Position numbers and translations under genes: made by a program. Positions 36,576-47,272 of a stretch of DNA of 64,000 bases are shown here, piece by piece (within the stretch, counting starts at the first letter, position 1; every line of letters begins with the position of its first letter). The notes beneath the pieces are model-generated. The model was not told the origin of the DNA. It saw only the letters and a list, made by a program, of their open reading frames with translations, and did no database searches. This DNA is from Lepidodermella squamata (Eukaryota > Animalia > Gastrotricha), in NCBI GenBank assembly GCA_047495785.1, contig JBLDXI010000029.1, positions 496,001-560,000 of the forward strand. Reading direction: 5' to 3'.

Positions 36576-37171
36576 GGATACGATTCAAGATAGAATGATT
36601 GCAGCCCTCTATCGAGTACTGGTAGCCCTCGACGTACCGGAAATACCGATGGTTATCAGGAGGATTAGTTGAGTAAACATGCCGATGAAATCCACGGCCT
36701 ACAAGTTGACGCGCATCGCGGCCTCGCAATTCGAAGTGTTCACGTACTGCGATTGCAACGTTCGACCACGTCGAACCGCTGCTGCTTTTCCAGCCTTGAC
36801 TCCCGACCGTTCTATGCCGTCCCATCGCGTCCGATGTCGCGAATTGACGCTGCGCCACCGACCATTGAATCATATATATCCGCGAAAAAACTACGGTTCG
36901 AATCCTCTCGATCGTTTCACTGGCTCATCTTGACCACTACACCAACATTTATGATTCAGTAAATTTCGAATTCGATGCTTTGGAATGGAATTTTCAAGAC
37001 TGCGATTCAGCTTCTTCTACCAGTCTTGATCAGCCAGGGATTTTCGATCCTATTACATCTATCTCTGAGCGGCCTGTGAATGCTGTCTTTCGAAGTGCGA
37101 ACCACCAATTTTCCTTGACAACGACCAGCTCGCTAGCAGCTATACATTTTGATATTTCACGCTAACACCCT
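35493..37171 (+). repeat. ~515-bp direct duplication (35493-36011 / 36657-37171)
   Basis: Near-identical ORF translations at 35522/36679 and 35510/36547. Confidence 0.92.
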
Positions 37172-37174
37172 GCA

Positions 37175-38217
37175 CCCTGCATCCCAATTTTTTGTCTACT
37201 GTATTCCATCTTCGCCGGAGGCCTACGAACTGAGCCACTTATTTCATATCGACTGCGACATTAGTGCGCCCTCAAATAATGTAACAAGCGACGTGCTCTG
37301 CGGTCGTGCTCTCCGTCATCGCCATCGTTACTGTTGCGCTTCTAGCTTTCAAAATCCAGAAAATAACTCGCTGGCTCCAAAATTTCCGTAGGCCAACAAA
37401 TTTTGCAGAAGGAGAATTCGATGCGCATCAATTTAGTGAGCAGTTTAAAGAAATTGAGGAGTTCCATTAGCAAAAGAATGCTTAAAATTCTTCAACTTCT
37501 TGAAACTGCTCATTAAATTGATACGCATCGAATTCTCCTTCTGGCCATCCTGATTTCGATCTGAAAATATGAACGACCGATGATTGATTCTTGAATGACC
37601 TGCATAACACCTTCAGCTGAAGCCTACGAAAGGTGCCGCTTGTTGCATGTCGACTGCAACATTTGTCCGCCGTCAACAACCACCTCTATCATTACTTCTC
37701 CAAGCCCGTTGCCGCCTTCTCCTGCTGAGACGGGAATATCGAAGCTGGAAATGGGTCTCCTCTCAGCTGGGATCGTGGCAGCAGTGATCATTGTTATCAT
37801 TATTTCCACTGTTTTAATTATGTTTATTCGCCGACGAAGGCGTTATTCCCGAATTGAGCAAAGCCCCCCGCTATGCTTGTTCGCCTCTAACGAAGAGGCC
37901 GAGGGAAATGCCGAAGTTACGGCATAAAATTGTTATTTTATTACTTTTACTTGCCATTATTATCTTGCCGAGGATGCTTTGATCAAATGCCGTCTTGAAT
38001 TAAGCCCTGCGTTCCAATTTGTTGTCTACTGTATTCCATCTTCGCCGGAGGCCTACGAACTGAGCCACTTGTTTCATATCGACTGCGACATTAGTGCGCC
38101 CTCAAATAATGTAACAAGCAACGGGCGCTGCGGTCGTGCTCTCCGTCATCGCCATCGTTACTGTTGCGCTTCTAGCTTACAAAATCCAGAAAATAACTCG
38201 CTGGCTCCAAAATTTCA
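37175..38217 (+). pseudogene. Fragments of a small single-pass membrane protein family (three paralogous pieces; 37175-37387 duplicated at 38005-38217)
   Basis: CIPSSPEAYELSHLFHIDCDI (x2) and CITPSAEAYERCRLLHVDCNI, each followed by a hydrophobic TM (AVVLSVIAIVTVALLAF in a shifted frame; LLSAGIVAAVIIVIIISTVLIMFIRRRRR). Confidence 0.6.
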
Positions 38218-38242
38218 TTAGTCGAAGTCGGCTCAGAAAATA

Positions 38243-38381
38243 GTTGGTTCCGAACATTTTCAGGTTATGGGCCTGCGCTTCTATGGCTGATATATTTGCT
38301 TTTACTATCAAACGTTTGGCTCATGGGAGCGAATGGCGAGTTTGGGTGGTTCAGTTCCAATATCTGATAGACACTCATGAT
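38243..38381 (+). mobile_element. Copia 5' fragment: LTR end, PBS, gag N-terminus
   Basis: ..TTTTCA|GGTTATGGGCCT (copia-type internal tRNA-iMet PBS) at 38263, then MADIFAFTIKRLAHGSEWRVWVVQFQYLI from 38283. Confidence 0.75.
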
Positions 38382-38747
38382 ACACAATTGCTTAGCATCA
38401 TCTAATTTTCTCCATCTTCAATACAACTAATAAGGAAAACAAGCAAGTGCTTCTCGGAGCGTTAAATTCGTCGATTTCGGATCTGGCTAGGGAAATCAAC
38501 GTCACCCGGTCTTTACGGCAGAAAAAACCAACAGCTGAGAGTCAAAATTCAAAACCGAGGAAGTAAGCAAAGAATCCATCTATATTCCAAAAGTCGACAT
38601 TGATGAAATCTCATGGTCGGAATTTGGTCTAGCAATAGCAAGCTGCGTATTGCATTTATTCATATTCTTCAAATTCTTCAAATGCACTGTACCGGCAAAT
38701 CGGACAACTATCGAATTTTCAAATTATTTTCGAACCACCAACACAAC

Positions 38748-39320
38748 ATGGCCGAATACAACACCGCCTACGAAACCACGCACGAGGTCTTGCAAGGCAA
38801 ATCGCTGATTTTGGCCTCGTTTCCATCCAATATTCTTTCCGTTCACTTCTTAGGCGCAGGGATTTTGCTGAAAAAGCAATATATGATTTTTGGTCCTCGA
38901 TCACATGTTACTTTCATATATAACAAGCGCATTCTTCTATGCAGCATAGCGAATGGAGACGTATGCGCCCAAGACAATGAGAAGTATGATGTAAATCTGG
39001 CTTATCCCTTCCCTAGCGCGATTGAGATGTCAAAATGGGTCAGCCTCCTTAAAGACAACGATCCGTTCTATCAACGCACCGACAATCTGTGGTCGATTTC
39101 TCGCTATGCCATGCACTATGAAGACCAATACCTTTTCAACGACGACAAGGATTTGAACACATTTCAGATCACGCCGGGGCGTAATTTTCAATTCGACCAA
39201 GATTTTATCACTGCCTTGCGCGCCCACACCGGCCGCTATGTTTTCATTGAGTATCTGGTTCATGATTTCCTCAAAAATTTCAAGGGTCAACAACTGATCA
39301 TGCGAAACATGTTCTTCTAA
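38748..39320 (+). pseudogene. Unknown 'ORF-X' family, copy 2 (longest open copy)
   Basis: MAEYNTAYE...GRYVFIEYLVHDFLKNFKGQQLIMRNMFF; follows an env-tail-like fragment. Confidence 0.6.
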
Positions 39321-39699
39321 GAACGTGAATTGTCTAAGCATCTAAGCATTGTAGAGGAAATTGTGAAGAATTTTATACGTCGGAAAACGTGTCCCGTTTT
39401 CATCATCGATTCGGATTCACTCTCATCTGAGGAGGTCTACGAAAAAGCGGCCTCGTTTTTATAAGCGTTCATTTTTTCACGTTGATCAAAAACGAAGAGT
39501 AATGGATCCGAACGTTTCTCGAACTCGGACAATCGCTATATCGATACAGCATTATTAGAATGAGCAGTGTGCAAACATATCCTGTTCAGCAACACCTTCA
39601 AGATCGAAATTTGACTACCATATCGCAGGACGGGAAAGGCGACTCCAAAATACTGGCGTTCAGGCAGGAGGAATTTCAACTACGACAGCCATAGCTACG

Positions 39700-40050
39700 G
39701 ATTTTCTTATTTTCCGAGCAACGAACATGGAGAACAAGCAAGGGACCTTTAGTGAATCTCCAAGTCCTCAGTATGCCACTCGGTAGTTCTTCATGAATCT
39801 GATTACTTGATTGATGAAGGATTCCAGAATCCCCTACCTTAGTACGTGTGGTCTCGAGCAAACCTTTTGGTACAGCATAACAACACCCCTTAGTTATAAC
39901 GAAGGACAATATAGTTTCATCCAACACATATTTTATGATTTGCTCAAGAACTTCCAACGGCGACAGGATAACGCTGCGGCTCATCTTTTACTTGTTACAT
40001 CGGGCAGGTCGTAGGGTAACAGTGGAGATCGAAAACACCGTGAATCTCCA
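39700..40050 (+). pseudogene. Unknown 'ORF-X' family, copy 3
   Basis: GLEQTFWYSITTPLSYNEGQYSFIQHIFYDLLKNF. Confidence 0.6.
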
Positions 40051-40197
40051 AGTTATCGCCTAATGGATATGGTTCGAGCATTGCTTTTAATGGCCCTGTT
40101 ACCCAAGAGATTTTGGGCTGAAGCGCGAGCTACAAATTTTTTTGAGAAATCGAATTGTCTCCGTATTCAAGTGAGAAGTTCCGTATTTCAGATTATA

Positions 40198-40313
40198 CAG
40201 GGCGTTCGCGTAATAATACTCTGGGTGAGCTAAAAATAGCTACAAAAAAGCTCTAATGAATGCAAAAAGTAGCAAAGCTATTTTTAGAAGAGTATTATTA
40301 CGCGAACACCCTG
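40198..40313. mobile_element. 116-bp Tc1/mariner MITE
   Basis: TA|CAGGGCGTTCGCGTAATAATACTCT ... AGAGTATTATTACGCGAACACCCTG|TA (25-bp TIR, 1 mismatch). Confidence 0.9.
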
Positions 40314-40522
40314 TACCATCCACCCGATGATACAGATAACACTGCAATTTCATATAAAGCTTTGCTTAAACATTTTGAGCCGATGAATAATGTAACTAAG
40401 TCCATCTTTTGCCAATCACTAGCCAATATTCGGATGCGCATTAGCGACAAAATTCACGACTTCTATCTCGAGCATCAAGACCGTTTTTTTACGCCTCAGT
40501 ACCACGAAAATTCGCGACTGAA

Positions 40523-40963
40523 TTGCGTATAAACCGCCTAATTTTGAGTATCTTAACAATTACTACACTTTCATCCAAAGCGAAAAGCATGCTTGTGATG
40601 CTAGAAACTGAAATGGTAACACTAGGCAGCGAAATAAATGCCACGCGGTTGCAAATGAGTGACCTAAATCGCATATCTTCAGGCATCGTCTCCGATGCAG
40701 ACAATTTTATTACCAACTTCTATCAACCAAGTGTCGACACGATAGCATTAATTGCGTTTTCATTCTCTATCGCTTCTTTAGTAATGAATTTATGTTTCGG
40801 TACGCAGCAAGTTGTTCGTAATATTATTCCTTCTGATAATTTTGAGATGTTGGCAACAGAAATAAGCCAGCCAATAACGCCAGCCAATAACGCTATGCAG
40901 CTAAACATAGAACCAACAATTTCTACATTATTTCAGCCCCCCGCCCCCACGCTCCTCCGCTAA
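40523..40963 (+). pseudogene. Env-like C-terminal fragment (heptad repeat + TM + tail)
   Basis: MLETEMVTLGSEINATRLQMSDL heptads, then IALIAFSFSIASLVMNLCF TM; homologous pieces at 35139 and 38402. Confidence 0.5.
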
Positions 40964-41739
40964 TACCTTCTTTACCCTCACCCAGCAATCTCCAGGCCAA
41001 ATTCATAGGCCATTTTTCACAGCTAAAGCTCATTTTTAGCGAATGACAATACAGCATGATTTTATATATTTGAAGTGATACATTTCCGAAATCCCATTAT
41101 ATTGAGAAAACGACTAAATCTGTACCTATCTGTACCAAAATCAAATAATTTCATGAGATTTAAATCGCGCCGCAATTTTTTAATCGCGAAAAAAATCTGT
41201 TTTATGAAAATGATTTGCTGCTTAATTTGCCAAGTTGTTGTGTTCATCGCATTCGGTACGAATCTCAGTTCAGTTATAACTCACACCTACTGAAGGAAGC
41301 ATCGTAGAAATAAAAGGGCAGACCAGAATGAGAATGGCAATAAAAAGACTAGTAACAGAATAACATGTTCGCTAAGGCCAAAGGTCAAACTTGCCAAACG
41401 TGTAACGAAAGTTAGCTGGACTAATTACTACAGCAACAATCAGCAACCATATTCAATTGAGATCGAACGATGATTGATGATCGATTGATAAAATCCACGG
41501 ATATTTCAACGGCAAATATTGTTGCAGATAACTGCAGCAGTTAGAGCAAATTGAAAATGTCTCTGATCCAGAGGTTGTGAGCTGCTGAAATTGAACAATG
41601 CACAGTTCAAGTTCGAATTATGTTCAAGTCTTTCACGAAAATTACCTCGTATGTTCAATTTTCCAAGAGTGCTATTCCTTGGTTGCCACTCATTTTAGTA
41701 GCCATCGATCAGCACCATTCGAGATATTTTTGTAGGAGC

Positions 41740-42630
41740 AGAATGGCAGAATTGAGAAGTCATACTGGGACTGACAGACGTAATCCATTGGACGGAAAGA
41801 AGAAGGTAAAACATGTGTTAATCCATCTTTCAAAGCCTGTGAGCTGCTGTAAGAAAAATTGTCAGGATAAAATCAGCATGAATGCAAATAATGCGACTTA
41901 CAAGCATGTCAAAGCTCGGCGAGAAAATTCCGGGCAGCTATGCACTTCGCAATCAATAAATAAAACAGATTGCATCCGCCGTCCACGCAAATCGTTCAAA
42001 GTTAGGTTAACATCTAAAATTGAGGAAAAAAATGCAATGAATTCTTTTCATTAGTATTTTGAGAATTAGGTATAGCGTTTATCGCCAAAATTGAGCTAAG
42101 GCAACATATAAACACAACAGTTCAACAGTTTAAACAGATAAACAAAGTATCCATGTAGTAGTTTATTGATAAAACAATGTATCAGGCCTATAGACCCAAG
42201 TAAAATACGCGATGGATAAAATTTATTTCAGCCAGCTATCGGCAGATTGAAAAAGACCATTCTCTGACATTTCAAGGCATCGGCACATGCCCGTTTACCT
42301 ACATTTTCAAATTACGTGGAAAAGATATTGGCATCACTATCCGTCGTTAAATAATCTCAATGGTCAACTTTTATCTGGATTAAAGATATAAATTAACCGA
42401 AACTTGAGCGTAGCTTCAGCTTTAGATGGTAAACAAGCCGAATTCAATAGCAGGAGCAGTAAGAGATAGAATTCATTCCTTTTGTTGTATATTGTATGAA
42501 TCAAAGCATTTTGCTCCCAATAAAGATGTCTAAATAATAGATTGCAGTGGTGTTTTACAGCAACTCAGCGACTAATCAAGAACGATCACTGCTAAAAGTT
42601 ACATACAGATGCAAATCTGCCAAGGCTGCA
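41740..42630 (+). pseudogene. Possible decayed DNA-transposon (Sola1-like) ORF N-terminus
   Basis: RRNPLDGKKKVK...PVSCCKKNCQDKIS pattern; heavily degraded downstream. Confidence 0.3.
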
Positions 42631-42686
42631 GGACTGAATCCGCCAGTAAGGGAGGCGGATGCCATAAGGTCATTTTTCGTTGATCG

Positions 42687-43283
42687 TTGATCGCGCGATT
42701 TATGAGAAACGGCCGACCGAGCGACGATCCGGAGGCCAAAGCAGCGCTGGCAGATCTAGCCGGGCTAAAACCATCTGAAATTGAGGCTAGTTTGCAAATT
42801 AGATCAGCCTATCAGCAACCGAACGAGTCAGTGCGCGACTTTTACAGAGGAATCAGGCGCCTGCTAAGCCAATTCATGGCTCCAACCGCGGAGGGCTACG
42901 ACCGACAGCTCAAAAGAGAGTTCACGGCAGGCTTGCGAACACATCTGCGCGAAGCCTTACATCGCGGGGCACGACCGATGCCGTAAGCACAGATGTACTC
43001 AAACGATCAGTCGAAGAAGACCGCATCACAATCGCGAGGGTGCAACTGTAAACGCATGGACGTTCGAGCTGCTCTCGACCAGCTTAGCCGGCGGTTAGAC
43101 GAGGTATGTGACCACGTCAATAGCGTCGGCGAAATGGTCGCAAATCTTCGCGCCGGAGTAAGGGGAGACCGCGGCGGAGATAGGTACGAACAGCAAAGGT
43201 ATGATAATACAAACAAGAATAATCCTAGCGACTGATGTTTCTACCGCCAAAACCCGGGACATCTCAAGCAATGTGACTAACAA
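42687..43283 (+). pseudogene. Ty3/gypsy-type gag C-terminal half (capsid MHR-like motif + degenerate zinc knuckle)
   Basis: QQPNESVRDFYRGIRRL..FTAGLRTHLR; after the TGA ending at 43235, in-frame CFYRQNPGHLKQC. Confidence 0.75.
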
Positions 43284-43307
43284 AATTGTCGCGCAACAAC
43301 ACGACCA

Positions 43308-44959
43308 ATGAAAGCCGAGGAATCTGCACTGGAAACAATCGACGGGAAGTTTTCGATTCTCAGCCGCCAAACAGACACATTGGCGGGCGAACTGAAACGG
43401 TTTGAGGACGACATGCTAGCGGTCGTTAATGGCATTCGCGACCAGGGCGCGGAATCAGCCAAGCGTGACGCGCAGATGGTCGAGACATTATTCCGCATCA
43501 CCGAGCGAGCACTGCAACTCATCCGGTTCCAAAATCTCGGATTCATTGAAAAAGCGGCGAGGAGTTCAGCCTTAAGTCTGTCTGATCTCGAAATAAAAAC
43601 TAGGGAAGGAATCATCGACCATGTCATGACGCTGCAAGGGCCCAAAGTAGCAACATCAAATCTACTTTTAGACGGTGTTACATTGTTGGTGAAACCAACC
43701 ATAGTATTTCAATCGGACGGACTAGGAGTCGACGCCGAGCTCCAAGCGTTACTCTCTGCAAAAATTCCAATAATACAACAGGAATGCAGAATTTTCACAC
43801 TAGATTTCATGGCACTGCAAACGAACCAGTCCTGTCTGTCGTCGCCTAGATCAATCTATCAGGACATGGTAATCCTAGAGTGCCCAGAAATGGATTTATC
43901 ACTAATTCCAAGGACAAGTCTTCAGAGATGTCAGACCATAAAAGCAAACACATTGGTCTGCCCCACTGCTTTCAGCGCCATCAAGCTGAAACCAATGTGG
44001 CTGAACGACATCGATCCAACGGGCGACCGAATTGAGGTCGATACGCTTTCTCATCGCTCCGTCGATGATGAATGGTGCCGATCGATGCTCGACCTCGTTT
44101 ACATAGCGGACCACAAAGTGCTCGTAACAAGAAACACGAAGGCGACGAGCATGTGGGCAAGCGATAACACTTTCATAACCGACAGCAAGGGCATCGTTGT
44201 TCGAACATAGCGAGCCAAGATCAATACTTGGTAACATTATTGATTAGTGATTCATCCCGTGTATCCCAGAGATATGTTTGCTGTGGAGGTTACTTAGAGT
44301 GTAACCATGTCATTCTAAGTTTCTAGGCTACAAGTACTATTTAAGCCATGTGAAATATATTGAAAGTACCCTTAATAAAGTATCCCTTGTGTGAAACTTG
44401 CAATTTTATCATCGTAAATCTCAAAGCAGGCACTATCATTACTCTGCGCTGCGGCGATTACCTAGAAACGGCAAACTCGAAAGTGAAATCGCCACTTTCA
44501 TGCAAACGGGACATCGACCGAATGAGGGCAGAAGTAATAATGGTAACACAGGACGAATCGATCGCCATCACAACGATGGATCGTTCGGAAATCCCTGATC
44601 AGAGTCAAAAATTCGACCAGATAGCCGAACGACTCGCCAAGAAGCAATGGGCGAGAGATTTCGATGAGTCCAAGGAGCAATTGCGGAACTTGACCAGCGA
44701 AATGAAGCGCATAAGAGACAAAATCAGCCTGCAAAACGGCAGAAATGCAGCAGAGTTGCACAAAGTCCGGCAGCAAACCGAGGAAGAAAGCTGGTGGAGT
44801 AGATTTTGGACGGCGTTGACAGCTGGTTTTACGATTATCGTAACTCTGGTGGTCATCAGCCTGATAATACAGTTAATAATAAGCAAACTTCATCCTCGCG
44901 ACGTACGAACTTCAGTTGTCAGCTTATTCCGACCAGGCTCGTACCGTGGCCATCGATGA
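43308..44959 (+). pseudogene. Envelope/fusion glycoprotein-like ORF (N-terminally truncated) interrupted by a solo LTR
   Basis: Heptad region, Cys-spaced ectodomain, second heptad region, WWSRFW + TM + tail; excising 44198-44415 fuses the two ORFs (..SKGIV|NLKAGT..). Confidence 0.75.
44198..44411 (+). mobile_element. Solo LTR with target-site duplication
   Basis: TG..CA termini flanked by TCGT/TCGT (ATCGT if the terminal A is shared). Confidence 0.85.
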
Positions 44960-46629
44960 CGCAGTCACCAGAGCGTTCGGCAGCAATTATTGGCGCCCGA
45001 TCCGGAGTTGGAAGCTTTGGTTGAGTGGTTCGCGACGGCGCCCGTGATCGGAATGTGCCGCAGGATGACGCTGATGTCGCAATTATTCATACCGGTTACA
45101 GTTAGATCGCATTTTGCTTTCTCTTTGTTAGATGATTGAATCGGTTTATGATTCCGATATATTCGGCAAATTTCATCAAAATGTGCTCTGCGATGTAGCG
45201 CCCTTGAGCCTAATCCGATATCATCTACTTGATCCCAATCTTCCGATTCGTATGCGTCGGCTTGCTCATTCGCAATTTCTCCTGAATTATTATCGAGCGA
45301 ATCGTTTTAATCAAATCGTCCGAAGATCTGAAGTGTCCGGCTATCATGTCAATGACATGTCCTCAGATCAAATTTACATCTAGATCTAAATTTATGAGGC
45401 ATAAGCGAAATTCCTCGACTCGCTGACGGCGGGCAGTTGAAAGCTAACTTGTGAGTTGGTTTAAGCGAATTAGGAGACGGAGTTCCGATAATGGCCAATC
45501 ACATTCGACAATCACGAGTGCCGATGTGCACTTGAAGAATTCGTCATGCTCAAACTTCTCCAACGATATCACATACCTTGGCAAGAAATTTCCCAATTAG
45601 GAATGCAAAACATATTTGACAAAAACAACTTACAAGATGTCTCCATTCGGCCCAATGCTTCCAGGTGCAAAATGCTGAAAATCAGCTCATATTCTTTCAA
45701 AAATGTCTAAATAAGAAAATGAAACTTCAAGCATTGCAATACTTTACTGGTTTTTTCTCAGTGGCTTTAAATATAAAAAATTTAGAAGCAGAAGAATCAC
45801 AAGCAACCGATAAGTGTTCACCGAAATATCATAACAGTAAAATTGAGAAGATTACAAATATGTATGCCAGCATGGGATAGACGTCCTTTTCATTCACGAT
45901 ATTGGTACTGAGTAGCAAGCTGGTATTTCTAGGTCTAAGTATAAAGCCGAGGGTGATAATTCGAAAACGATCTTAAGCGATTCTGCGGTTTCAAATCTCA
46001 AACAGCTGCCTCGGCGTTATAGACAACAGAAAATGATATGGTATGTTAAATAAAGGGTTTTAGCTCTTGATTGATTCACGCTCTCCCATCCCCGTTCCAT
46101 CAATAACGCTATTTACTTCGCTTGTTCACCCTCCCATAGTATTAACTGATTCCTCAACAGCTAAGTTAAAAGAAGCGGTCAAGAGAGTTGGGGAGTAGCA
46201 AGATCAGCGATTTGGTGGGTTCGCGAAACATAGTGACTCTAAAGCCTCGCTGATTCTGCAAAATTCTGCAGCAGAGGAAGTAAAGACTGCCGTCATTGAT
46301 CTGTCTTCAAAAACTGGCTGATGACACCGAAGTGAGACTTCAACCACTTGCTAAACGTCGATTCGTCGGCTCCATAACTTACGTTATAAAATGTAGTGGT
46401 TGTGGGCCGTGGTACAGCGCAAATTCGGCCCTGATTCGTCAGTACACTACATCCCTTCCTTTAGAACACCGCATCGAGTCGTACAATGGCTTCCTTCAGG
46501 GCTCCACTTTCACAGCCCGTCGAAAGACTGTCAACGGATCGAAAGTACGCGATTACTTGACGTTGGACCGCTACGCTGGTGGAGGTCATCAATCACCTCT
46601 AGGGTTATTACCATACCCCTATATACCTG

Positions 46630-46866
46630 TGTGAGAGAAGTAATAAATACGCTATCAGAGTTATACAGAAGTCTTCGTTGGTTCCGAACATAACATTTTC
46701 AGCTTATGGGCCTGCTACGGCAGATAAATCTGCATTTACTATCAAACGTTTGGCTCATGTGAGCGAATGGCGAGTTTGGGTTGTTCAATTTCAAAATCTG
46801 CTACACGCTCATGAATTGTACGGCCCAATCTTCGGCAAATCCGTGGCTGAAACAGTCGTAAACTAA
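46630..46866 (+). mobile_element. Second copia 5' fragment: LTR end, PBS, gag N-terminus
   Basis: AATAAA at 46642, ..TTTTCA|GCTTATGGGCCT at 46702, ADKSAFTIKRLAHVSEWRVWVVQFQNLLHAHELYG. Confidence 0.75.
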
Positions 46867-47272
46867 AGTTGAAAATCTCCTATCCGTCTGTTCCCTAGTC
46901 TAAATTAGTCTAAAAGCTGGTATTCACGTCAGCCAAGAGGAAGAATTAATGATGACATTTTCAAGGCTTATTCGTGCTCGTTTTCTTTGTGTTTCAAAAA
47001 CAAATTACAATGCAAATTGTTGCATCGATTGAGGCAATGACCCCGACAAAGACGCTAAGCACGCGAGAACCGCAGAATCACATTAGATCAGTAAATTTGA
47101 TTAAAAATAACCAGTCGAGATTGATTTTCGCAACTGTCCTAAATCTAAGATAAATTCATCCCAATTTCTCTCGAACTAGTGAAAACAGAATCAAATGAGA
47201 TTTGACCAGAAATTCCATGATAAAACCCCAGCACCCCCCATTCCCCTCCTAAATATTCCCATAATGTTGACC

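Larger units (their letters stand above)
29470..46870 (+). mobile_element. Patchwork of co-oriented, truncated LTR-retroelement and other TE-derived fragments with local duplications
   Basis: Copia LTR/PBS/gag/protease, gypsy-like gag, env-like ORF and recurring unknown ORF families, almost all readable on +; no complete element and no host gene recognised. Confidence 0.8.

Noticed and set aside
44991-45000. TGGCGCCCGA resembling a tRNA-Lys3 PBS
   Set aside because: Lies 3' of env and is not preceded by an LTR ..CA end
46296-46634. YVIKCSGCGPWY resembling a Penelope GIY-YIG start
   Set aside because: The following YIG and Arg/His motifs are absent
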